A stretch of DNA of 64,000 nucleotides, taken from contig CT868047.1 in the NCBI GenBank assembly GCA_000165425.1, positions 1 through 64,000 on the forward strand. The letters are read 5' to 3'. The notes under the pieces are model-generated. The model saw only the letters and a list, made by a program, of their open reading frames with translations. It made no database searches and was not told the DNA's origin. A program made the position numbers and the translations under genes. The DNA is from Paramecium tetraurelia. Lineage: Eukaryota. Positions 12,701 to 23,898 of the stretch are shown here, piece after piece (the stretch's first letter is position 1; each line of letters opens with the position of its first letter).

Positions 12701-15700
12701 ACTCTATTTTGCATAATGAAATGGACATTACAAAATTAACAGCAATATCAAATCTAAGATGTACAAAACCTATTTCTTAAGACTTGCAATGTGTTGATGA
12801 AACTAAACAACGATGAACTAATTCAATTTGTGACTGAGATCACTAATCCCACAGATCCAACACAATCGGGATTGTTCTAACTATTAGCCAATGCATTATA
12901 ATCGAGTGATTCCAACACAATTCTGAATCAAATCAAACAAGTTATCGAAAAGTTATGCACTCCCCAAACATACAAATTAATATTTTATTTCTTCTAAATT
13001 GTATTGAATGCCATCGTTAAGCATGCTAATGAGAATCTTTCAATATTCCCACAGCCATTGGATAGTTCAGCTTGGTTCTAGTTTTTGTCCTTTGTTGTGG
13101 GACAACTATTGCTGCTTTCGAACATGAATCTTACACAAGGAGAGCAGAGATAAAACCAAAGGAAGAGGTCAATTAAATATCAGGCTGCTTAAACCTTTTA
13201 GGAGTTCTCAGAGAAATTTGAAGAAGGGGGATTTATTTAGATATGCAACATTGAAACACTGTCACAGATGATAAGATTCTTGATTGAGCCAAGAAAGAAT
13301 TTGGTCAACAATGAGACTTTGGAGAATTCATTGACTTATTGGGGTTTGTTGTTGAATTTGATGAGCAAAATTCCAACCTAATTGATTATGGAACACAAGA
13401 TATACGATTAATTATTGTCGATTTACTTGAGATTGGATGCCAACAAATAGGCTGTGATATAATTTAGATTTATTGAAATGACCAAGTCTATTTTAGAGCA
13501 CACTTAAAGTACAGAATTCAATAGCAATCTAATTAAACAAATCTTCTAATATTAGGGCACCACTCTCATAGATGGATTACTCAACATTGTAGCATCTTAG
13601 GAAAGGAAAATCAATGCATCCATATTTAAATTGATATTCTCAGAGACTGCTCAGTACTTATACAAGTATTGTAATGTTGGCAGACACGATGGAGTTTATA
13701 GTTGTGAGTTGTCCTTGCTTAAAAAATTATAATTTGGAAACAAATTGCTGTAATTAATGAAAAAGGCAGAGTGTCCCATTAAGGTATAGATGCTCATATA
13801 GGAGATACCTTAATACGGAGAAATCATCAACAAATACATCCACTGGTACATGCTCAACAAGTCAAATGTGCCTAATGTTACTCCTGCCACTGAGATCTTG
13901 GGAAGCATCAGTAAACAAGTGCGATAAATCTTTGATTGGCTATAGGCAGATTAACAATTGTCAACGGAATCCCTGATTCAACTGTTTAAATTCTAGAAAG
14001 AGTTTGATGTAGTTGTTTAGGAACAGATGAATCAAATGACAAATATTCTGAGTTATTCATTAATAAAACACACCCAAGAGATCTTTGAAGAGTTGAATGA
14101 ATTGTGGATGACCACTGATTAAGTTGTTAGGGAAATAGCTATAAATGGAAATGGCTTTGAATATTTGCTTGAAAAAACCCATTTGACTTCTTCGACCTTT
14201 GAGGAGAAGACTGAAGCAAGTGAGTAGCAACCACAAGAAGAGGAGTTTGCAAATAAATTGGCTATGATTGATCCTCAGAAACCCCAAGGACAATAGTAAC
14301 CATAGGTGAAGGATTGGCAAGTGAACAAAAAAGGAGTCAAGGCCAAAGTTCACGTTTTAACTCTCAAAGACGAATTGTCTGAGGATTACATACTTGAATT
14401 CTAATTGGAAAAGGCGATTGAATTGAAATAGATCAAAATTGGGTTTTAAGCATACACTCCAGAATATAATGATAGGATTCTGGGTGTTCCAGACATAGTG
14501 GTTGTTGAAGTAAAGAATAAGACTTCAGATAATCTGTGGTATCCAATTGGCATCATGACTTTAATTGAAGATGAAGCATACACCTATTATAGTGTGAAGG
14601 TGATGGCCTTGAATGTTTGGAGATTATCTGCTTAGGGTAATTTAAATCAACAAATTAAGTCATTGGGTCAATAACCAATATCATACATCAGATTCATTAT
14701 GAAAAAGCCTTAGATCACATTTTTGGAGTAGATCTCACAATTATCTTTCAAATAATACAATAACATCCAAATTGGAGTGAGTTTCATTTCCATCACAGGA
14801 TTCGATTCCACAATCAATAGGAACAAGTAAATTTAGACAATTTAGGAGAAGACTGCAAGTAGATTGTTGGGTAAGATGTGTTCTTAGAAATTCAGAAATA
14901 CTTTGTTTGATATCAGCAATAATCAGAATATTGTGTAATAAATAAAGAAGAGCTTTAAGAATATCAGTTAGGCATTGCATTCAAATGAGTCTACATTGTC
15001 GCCACTCTTTATTGGATTGACAAAGTATAATCCAGAGTTTGGAGATTGGGTATTGGAATAAATAATGGACATCACTTTGGAATGGGCACATGCGAAATTA
15101 ACAGCTGAAATAGTGTTGTAGGACAAGGATAAACAATTGGATAGATTAAAGAAATTCTTGAATTACATTTTAAATCAAATCAAATAAATCGCTTAAATTG
15201 CCAAATCATAGGATCAATTCACTCAACTCACCCTTTTGATTGAAGCCTTAACTTATGCGATACTCATCTCAAGCAAGTAAAAGAACAAGGACCCAATATT
15301 GTTAGAAGTGGAAGAGGAGGACTTCTTGAATATTCTGTAGGCAGTAGAAGTCACTAGTCAATCCTATGAGCATTGCAACATGATAATCAGGTTGTTCATC
15401 ACTCTTATTAAATTGCCTCAGCCATATGTTTTGAATATGCAATTGCAATAGACTGGCATCATTGACATGACACAATAGTTGTTGCAAAAACAGTCACTAT
15501 ATAAACTCAAATTGTTGTCCATCTTAGTACAAATTAGCAATGAAGTAGTGAGTCTCATTAAGCCTTACTTACCCAAAATCTTTGAGCAAACAATTGAATC
15601 ATTGAAGAAGACAGACAACACAACATTGTCTGATTACTTTTTCTTCTTTGACTCCTCAGCCAATGTTCTTGAACTCAAAAACTTCTATTGTGAGAATGAT

Positions 15701-18700
15701 TATCATTTACAAGTTTATGAGAACTTGAAAGTGTCCAATCCATCCAAAACCTTATTAAAATAAATTGATTAATTGACATTGGGTCATATTGTGAACTTCA
15801 TTGGCAAGATAACATTGTCAAATCCATAAGCGATTGGGCAATTGGCTTAAAAGTTGATTCAGGATATCAATCTATTGTCGCAAATCGTAGATATCAATTA
15901 TGTAGAAAATGTGCTTATACCTTTATTGAATTTCGAGGAGAAGATCGATTTCACAATTGACATTTGGGACAAGGAAAGTCAGATATTTGTTGGAGACATC
16001 AGAAAACTGAGTTCTCTTCACGTTCAAGAGGATGAAACTAATGAAGCCAGTGGATCTCACGAATTGAATGGATTCCAGGCCAAAGAATTCACTCCCCAAT
16101 ATTACGATGCTTTGCAATCAGCTATTTAGAAGGTTATCAAGACTAATTCACTCAAGAAAGGAGGAAGATGGGTTAAAGAGATGGAGTTATCATAGGGAGG
16201 TTCATACTTCCATAAGACATTGTCTACTTTGCAAAAGGGACCATTTTTGATTTTGCTATTCGGAAAGAATAACAATCAGAACGAAAATTGTATTATTGGA
16301 TTGTTCAGTACTTAGAAATGTGGAAATTTGGTTAGTGAATTTTAACATGACTATTACCCAGGAGAAGTGTATCCAATTCCAGAGAATGGAGAGCAATTTG
16401 GATTCACTTACGAAAAGGATAAGATCTATCATTTGTTGAATAATGATCGCAAAACATTTGGAGTTGGAATGGATCATGTCAATGGTGGTTCATTCTCATT
16501 TTTATTAGAAAGAATCAATTTGACATTCTCTGATGACCAGGAAGTTTCAAGCATTTCAATTGGAATTCACGACTTTGAATTATTGGAATAAAAGCCAGAA
16601 GAAGATTACTATTTTGATGATTTCTGGATGCAAAGAATGGAAATTTGGATTTACCAACAACCACAGTAGGTGTCTAAAAGCACTTAGAAACCATTGTTCA
16701 GTGGACAACAAGGCAATTAGTTGATTGAAACCAATGACACTTCTACTTTCGGCTATGGAATTCTAAGCAATCCAATTCTGTAGGATAAATACTTTGCCAA
16801 ACAATCCGTCTATAACTACTTGAGTGCTACACCAGTATATTCCATTCCAGGTAATTGCAATAACACTAACATTCTGTAATGCATTTACGTTTCCAACATG
16901 TTCTTGAATGAATAGGCAATCAAGAACTCTACCATTATTTAAATGAATGGCACTCTGATCCAATAACAAACCAAACCATTCCCAACATTTACAGTTGATG
17001 GATTAGAATTGTTAGGACAATTAAATTCCCTTACTGAAACTCCATTGTAGTATTCCTCATCGTTGAAAATATTTGAAGCCTTCTAGAATCAGGATGGAGT
17101 CAAACAAATTATCTTGGCAGTTTAGGATGCTACTAAAAAGTGGTAGAATCAAGAATTGACTTAAATCTGGAATTCTTATGTATCTGAATTGAGTGCCTTT
17201 TGTTCAGTACCACAATTCTTCAGTTACTTTTTGAAAAATAAGAAATCAATGGAGTTACTATTCTAATTACTGGCAGGAACTCCCGATCAACCTAATAGCG
17301 ATTAAAAGGCTTGGAAAGAAAAAGAGATCGATGCAGTGAAGTTCATCTATGACACCTTATCAGATGTTTTCAAGACACACAACAATCAAGAAATTCGAAT
17401 TATTGCCATCAAGGACAATTTAATATAGAAGATATTGGATAAAATTGCTATTGTCAGTAAGGAAAAGAAAAGAGTGTATCAAGCTGTTATTGCTGAGGAG
17501 CCATAACAACCACCATAATAGTAATAGCCTTAAGCACAGGGGGATAAGTCAGTTGATAGGAAACCAAAGAAGAAGCAAGGTGTTGGTTATGGAAGTGATT
17601 AGACTGGACAGAACTAAAAGTGGAATACTCAGGAATATTTAGATAAAAAGAAGGTTCGATCAGAATAATTAAAGTCTCTTTTGGAGATCATTAGAAACTT
17701 TTTCAATTATGATAATTGGCATTTAAATTAAGAATTATCATAGATAATAAATGAAATGATATTTGAAAGTGCATTGTTATCCTTATTAGAGGCTGCATTT
17801 AGATCAGGTTCATTGTTAGAAATGTCAAAAGACTTTGATCTCAATTTATGTTATCTTCAATTAACAAAAACATTAGCCAAACATAAGAACCTCACTCCAT
17901 TATTATTAAAAATACCTCCTAATTATATACCGAAACAAATCGAATCTATAGCATAATTATTAAGCAATCTTAAGAACATTGCTCACATATTCTTATCTTG
18001 TCTACAAACCAACGAGTTATCCGAGAAGGATTAGATCTCAAAACAGATTGCTACCATTATTCTTGAGACAGATACAAGTGTCCAAGAAGCTATAGAAAGA
18101 TTCTAATGTGATGAGTCAGAGAATGAATAAGAAGACGCAAAAGAACATGAATTGCAAGAGATACTGAAATTGCCATTGAATGAAGCCTACAGATTGTTGT
18201 TAAAGGACTTGAGATTCGACTATGTGTCATTCAAAGGGTAAAACCAGCAATATCTCCACTATTATGAGAAACAAATTACTCAGGCTCCTACTCCAACACC
18301 AGCAAAATTGATTCGTCTAGCCTAGGAATTCGCTGATATGTCCAATTCTCTACCTGTTGAACACACTAATTCCATATTTGTTAGAGCTGATAAGGATAGA
18401 GTGGATGTAATAAAAGCATTGATTATGGGTGCATCTGGAACCCCGTATGCTCACGGAGCTTATTTGTTTGATATCTACTTTGAAGACTAATACCCCAATA
18501 CTCCTCCCAAGATGAATCTATCTACTACTGGAAGTGGGAAGATCAGGTTTAATCCAAATTTGTATGCCTGTGGTAAGGTGTGTCTCTCACTATTGGGAAC
18601 ATGGAGAGGACATGCATCTGAGAATTGGGATCCCAAGTTGTCAACCATCTTGTAAGTGTTGGTGTCCACCTAAGCAATTATCATGTCTGAGGATGTGTAC

Positions 18701-21700
18701 TTCAATGAACCAGGGTTTGAAGGGGAAGCAGGCTAATAGGATGGCGAAATGAAGAATGAGGCCTATTCCAACATTGTTAGATACGGAAACATCCAATATG
18801 CTATGATTGAGAATATCAAGAATCCTCCCACTGGATTTGAGACTATTATAAGAAGACACTTCTATTTGAAGAAAGGAGAAATAATGGAGGAAGTCAGGAA
18901 ATGGGTTCAGTATGCTGAGCAAAGACAAGCCTTGTATATGGGATTGGTGAGCGATCACAATAGTCAATGGTGTTCAGTGTTCAAGAAGTCTAAGACTCAG
19001 TATTTGGATATGCTCAAGGATGCAACTGCTGAACTTGAAAAGGCTCTCAATAGTTTGTAATAGCCAAGCATCAAGGAGATCAGTCCAAAGTTGAATCAAA
19101 GAAGAAAGAAGAAGCAATAGGAGAATTAAGTAATTGTTCAAAAGGCCACTGATGGCATACTTAATTTAGAAGGAGTTGATGTGACCTATGATAGTAATGC
19201 TATTCAAGAGCAAGTGATAGATGTGAGTAATGAATAAGTGAGAGATAGATGGAGCAGATACATCGGAGCAATGGGAATTGAAGCTGTTAGGAAGTAAGCA
19301 AATGCAAAAGTCTTACTCTGCGGAGTGGGATCCTTGGGTGTTGAGATTGCTAAAAACGTGGTGCTTTCTGGAGTTGGAGTTTTCGCTATCTATGATAACA
19401 AAGTGGTGAATCAGGATGACTTGGTAGGGTAGTTCTTCCTTTCTTAGTCAGATGTTGGCAAACCGAGGGCTGCAGCTTGTGTTGATAAAATTCAGCAGTT
19501 AAATAATTATGTTAGAGTCAAAGTGATAGAGAAGGATGTGCAATAGTATATAACCACAGAGCAATTCGATATCGCAATATTGACAGATGTCTATGATTAC
19601 AACGAACTAGTTTGTTGGGATAATCTGTGCAGAGCCCATTCAATTAAGCTTATCATCGCCAATGCCAATTCTGTTTATGGAAGAATCATTAATGACTTTG
19701 GAGCTGAATTCAAAGTAATCGATAAGAATGGAGAAGACATTCCTGATGTATTGATTAAATCGATCTAAGCAGATGGAGTAGTTGAATTATTGGATGGTCA
19801 GAGATCTCAATTTGCAGATGGAGATTCAATTATATTACTGGAAGTCCAAGGCATGAAGGCAGGAGAACAATCAATCAACAATCAGCTTCTCAAGATCCAA
19901 ACTATTTCTACTAAGAAATTCAAGATTATCGATGACATCTCTCAATATTCTCCTTACCTTTCGAGTGGAATTGCCAGACATGTCAAACAAACTATTACAT
20001 GTACTAATAAATCCTTGGATGTTGTAATCAACAGTGATGATTGCTTAGATGCCAATTTGAAGGAGAGTGATAGCATCAAGCTTGTAGAACAGAGTCTAAT
20101 GCATTTAGCTTATAGAACACTATCATACACCAACGGAGATATTGTCAATCTCCTCGACTCTGTGATTAAATTTGATAAGGCCAATTTCATCCAGTAGAAT
20201 TCCAAACTAGCTAAGTATTTAGAATTCTATCTCAAAATGTTCCAAAAGACCTTTGCATTGCCAGCATTCCCTCCTTTAGCTGCCTACTTAGGAGGATTTG
20301 TGTCATAAGAGATAATCAAAGCACTCACTAATAAGTTTACTCCCATCAATCAAGCCTATTATTTTGATTGCATCGAAGTGTTGCCATTTGAAATCTGGGA
20401 TGAAAAAGGAGATTAATAGGCTTAGATCCAAGCAGTTGATCAACTTTAATTGACTGGAAAAGATGCATTGACTAAATTATTAGGGGAGGATGTGTATCAG
20501 AAGGTGAGAAGTACCAATTTATTCATGGTTGGATGTGGTGCTATAGGGTGTGAATTGCTAAAGAATTTTGCCATGATCAATTTAAGTATTGACGGGTAAA
20601 TTACTATAACTGATCCTGATCACATTGAAACTTCCAATCTAAATAGGTAATTCCTATTTAGAGAGAAACACATTCACAAACCTAAGTCTTAGACTGCAGC
20701 TGCAGCAGCAATTCAAATCAATCCACTACTGAAGGGCAAATTGATTGCAAGAATGGACAAGGTTCACGAACAAACCGAGAATATTTTCCATGATCAATTC
20801 TTCGAGTAATTATCCCTTGTTGCCAATGCTCTTGATAATGTCCAAGCAAGAAGATATGTCGATCGCAGATGTGTCAAGGCCAAGATTCCATTGTTAGAAT
20901 CAGGCACTCTGGGTCCCAAAGGCCATGTGTAGTGTATCATCCCATTCCAAACAGAATCATACAACAGCATGCAGGATCCAGTTGAGGAAGGAGAAATTCC
21001 TTACTGCACTTTAAAGATGTTCCCTGAGGAAACATTCCATTGCATTGAGTTTGCCAGAGACAAGTTTAATAAGCTATTCTCCTTAAAACCAAAATTGGCC
21101 TAGAACATCATAGAAAATCAATCATTCAATCCATCAAATCCAGAAGAGATCAAATAATTGAAATCTACTATCAAATTACTCCAATAGGCACCAACCAAAC
21201 TTGAAGATTGTATTCAATGGGCAAAAAATAAGTTCTCAAAGTACTTCATCAATGACATTAAATAACTACTGTACACATATCCAGTTGATGCCAAAACTAA
21301 GGATGGACAACCATTCTGGAAATTACCCAAGAGACCTCCAAGATGCTTGAATTACGACATTGAAAATCTCATCGTTGTCTAATTTATATCCACAATGGCT
21401 TTCCTTAGAGCCAAACAATACAATCTGCCCACACCTGCCGACTGGAGACATGAGAAGAACAGACGAGATGTAGCCACCTTAGGAGAGAAGATGACAAGCA
21501 AGGAGTGGATACCCAATGATTCTAAGAAGAAGGAGATCGAGGAGCAAGTGTTGAAGTTGGAGAACAAAGCCCAGAAGCAACAAGAGGAGGAATAGGAAAA
21601 TGCCATTTTTGATGACCCCAACAAGTTATTGGCACAACTGTAGGGTTTGAAATAAGCAGGGTATTTGAATATATATATTATTTTTAGAATCAAATTGTTC

Positions 21701-22327
21701 TCGTAAGAATTCGAGAAGGATTGCGACATGAATGGACACATCGACTTCATTCACTCTCTAGGAAACCTAAGAGCTTTGAATTACGGACTCGATGAAATGG
21801 ATTGGATCACAGTTAAATTGAAGGCCGGAAGAATAGTCCCAGCCTTGGCCACCACCACAGCTGTAGTATCAGGACTCTAGACGATTGAATTAGTCAAAAT
21901 CTTAAAGAGGTGCAAACTTGAGAACATGAAGAATGGATTCATCAATTTAGCTGTGCCCATGGTACAATTGACTGAGCCGATGAAGGCGGAATCCATCAAA
22001 CTTAACGAGGAAGTGAATGTCACCTTATGGGACAGATGGGATGTCAAGTTGGGAAAAGAAATTACCTTGCAGATTTTGTTCTAGCACTTGAAACAAACAT
22101 ATCATTTGGAACCGGCTAATGTTTTCAAGCAATCTTCAGTCGTTTATATGCATGACCTTCATAAGGGTTCAGCCATATTCACCTAGCCTATTATCGAATT
22201 GCTGGATGTCAAGGTACGCTATTAGTATTATGATTAGAATGATTATGTGGATTTAGTAATTAATTTTGTTAAAGACGAGCAGATCCTTAAGAATGTCCCA
22301 GAAGTTAGAGTCTACTTTAACGAATGA
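6772..22327 (+). CDS. Giant (~5,130 aa) ubiquitin-system protein: SPRY - UBA - NZF/RanBP2 zinc finger - BIRC6-like body - BIRC6/BRUCE-type E2 (UBC) - complete E1 ubiquitin-activating enzyme (UBA6/UBA1 family)
   Basis: Six introns (6870-6898, 7068-7090, 9200-9225, 9362-9386, 21661-21687, 22214-22237) restore one frame. ORF-track fragments at 8078, 15479, 15854, 16367, 17756, 18749, 19580, 19790 and 21395 all share that frame. [23 protein letters not shown] (Cys 18581-18583). E1: [54 protein letters not shown] (Cys 21005-21007), [27 protein letters not shown]-terminal UFD. Not every codon of the 12-kb exon was checked. Confidence 0.92.
6960..7325 (+). other. SPRY-like domain at N-terminus of the giant protein
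   Basis: Spliced translation [22 protein letters not shown]...[20 protein letters not shown]...IYVPLVQF follows the SPRY pattern (G-x-H-Y/I-W-E-V, IGV, I-G/T-V-x-L-D/N, FY-x-NG, Y-P). Confidence 0.6.
8515..8775 (+). other. Tandem ubiquitin-binding modules: UBA domain and NZF/RanBP2-type zinc finger
   Basis: [33 protein letters not shown] (UBA MGF motif), then [22 protein letters not shown] (W-x-C-x2-C-T-x2-N-x6-C-x2-C). Confidence 0.85.
18300..18840 (+). other. BIRC6/BRUCE-family UBC (E2) domain within the giant gene
   Basis: [56 protein letters not shown]...[36 protein letters not shown]...STILQVLVSTQAIIM...[11 protein letters not shown] replaces HPN, as in the BIRC6/UBE2O/UBE2Z group. Confidence 0.93.
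19240..22324 (+). other. Full-length E1 ubiquitin-activating enzyme module (IAD-FCCH-AAD-SCCH-UFD) within the giant gene
   Basis: Inactive adenylation domain ([22 protein letters not shown]), active adenylation domain GxGxxG at ~20531, catalytic PYCTLK, and UFD ([10 protein letters not shown]...VPEVRVYF). Confidence 0.95.
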
Positions 22328-22433
22328 TATCTATTATATGTATAAATTATAAAATTCATCTATGCATTTTCTAACTTATATAATATGTTACAATCCTACG
22401 TTTATTAGCATAGAAATATATAATTAAAATTTA

Positions 22434-23740
22434 ATGGGTAATTGCTGCGGATAATCCTCAATCATGGAGTGTCACTAGCAATAAATTGTCACCAAGGATC
22501 TCTTAGGTGAAGAGTATGCAAACAAGGCTGCATTAACGATTCAATGTAAGTCACCCTTTTTATCGCTCAAGCCTATGTTCGAGGATATTTGATTAGGAAA
22601 AAGCATAGAAATCACAAAAATAATAGTGTGGCCATCACAGCGACCAATGAATATAGTTACTCAAACAAACAAAGCAGATAAGAAATTTAGTTGGTCGATT
22701 TAAAAGGGCTCAACTCTATCTCCAAAGAAACTAACATACCTCAAAATCTCAAAACTATCGAAAAGGTACCAGAAACGCTTGACAATTAAACAAAATCAGT
22801 ACATTTATTCTTTAAATTTGATTCCCTTTTTTAGTTGAGGCAAGGCCTACCCAAATTTATTTATGAGGAGTCCCAATTAGAACCAGGCTTGATAACAAGA
22901 GGACCCGTGCAGGATGAACTTGATCATATATATATAGGTTAATGGAAGGATAAGTATAACCCTTGGCTATTTTAGTGCAAAATGGGGTCGAGGAATCTAA
23001 TATTGGTCGGATGGCTCCTACTATGAGGGATACTGGAGGGATAATAAATAAAATGGAAAGGGAAGACTCATCCATGTGGAAGGAGACGTTTACGAAGGCG
23101 ATTGGTTAGATGACAAAGCCCACGGCCAAGTAAATATATTCCACAAACCATTATAGGGGAAATTGACCACTTCCAACGGAGGATATTATGTTGGCGGCTG
23201 GATTAACGACAAATAAAATGGTTAAGGCAAGGAACTATGGCCAGATGGAGCAAGTTTTGAAGGACATTATGTTGACGGCATGAAATTTGGTTAAGGCATA
23301 TACACTGTTGCCAATGGTTCTCAATATGTGGGAGAGTTTGCAGATAATTGCTTCTGTGGTTTTGGAACTTACAAATGTTCGGATGGAACTAAATACATAG
23401 GGTATTGGAAGTAAAATAAAATGAATGGATAAGGAGTAAAATATTTAAACTACTTTTAGGAGTTTCATTGGAATGATGGTTCAAAATATATTGGAGAATT
23501 CCTAAACGATTTAAGAGATGGATTTGGCACATTTTATTATGGCGATGGAAGAGTATTTGTTTGTTAATAGCATATTAGATTTATAAAGGGTAATGGAAAA
23601 TTGGAAAAAGACATGGCAATGGAACTTATATTGGGAGAAACAAAGTGGAAAAATAAGGCAAATGGTAGAATGGAATTTTTGTAGTCTGGGAAAAATAATT
23701 TACAAACTCCTCCGTTGGTGACGATGCTCTATTTCATTGA
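22434..23740 (+). CDS. MORN-repeat protein with N-terminal acylation motif and IQ motif
   Basis: Starts MGNCCG (myristoylation/palmitoylation-type), IQ-like [15 protein letters not shown], then many Y-x-G-x-W-x3-K-x-x-G-x-G repeats (e.g. [27 protein letters not shown]); several short introns. Confidence 0.88.
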
Positions 23741-23898
23741 ATTAATTTTTATAAACTTTGTAATATTATAAACCAAATTCTTGTTTTAATTAATGTTTTT
23801 CTAAATTAAAATTTTGGATTAGTTTACTGGATACAAATATTAACTTATAGAAGACAAGATTGATTAATTACATAGCCCATACAGTTATCATAAATTTA

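Noticed and set aside
19061..19280. Possibility that the E1 is a separate gene starting near 19271 (ATG GGA ATT)
   Set aside because: No TGA, no AT-rich intergenic spacer, and the conserved E1 N-terminal motif (DRWSRYIG) lies upstream of that ATG in the same frame as the UBC.
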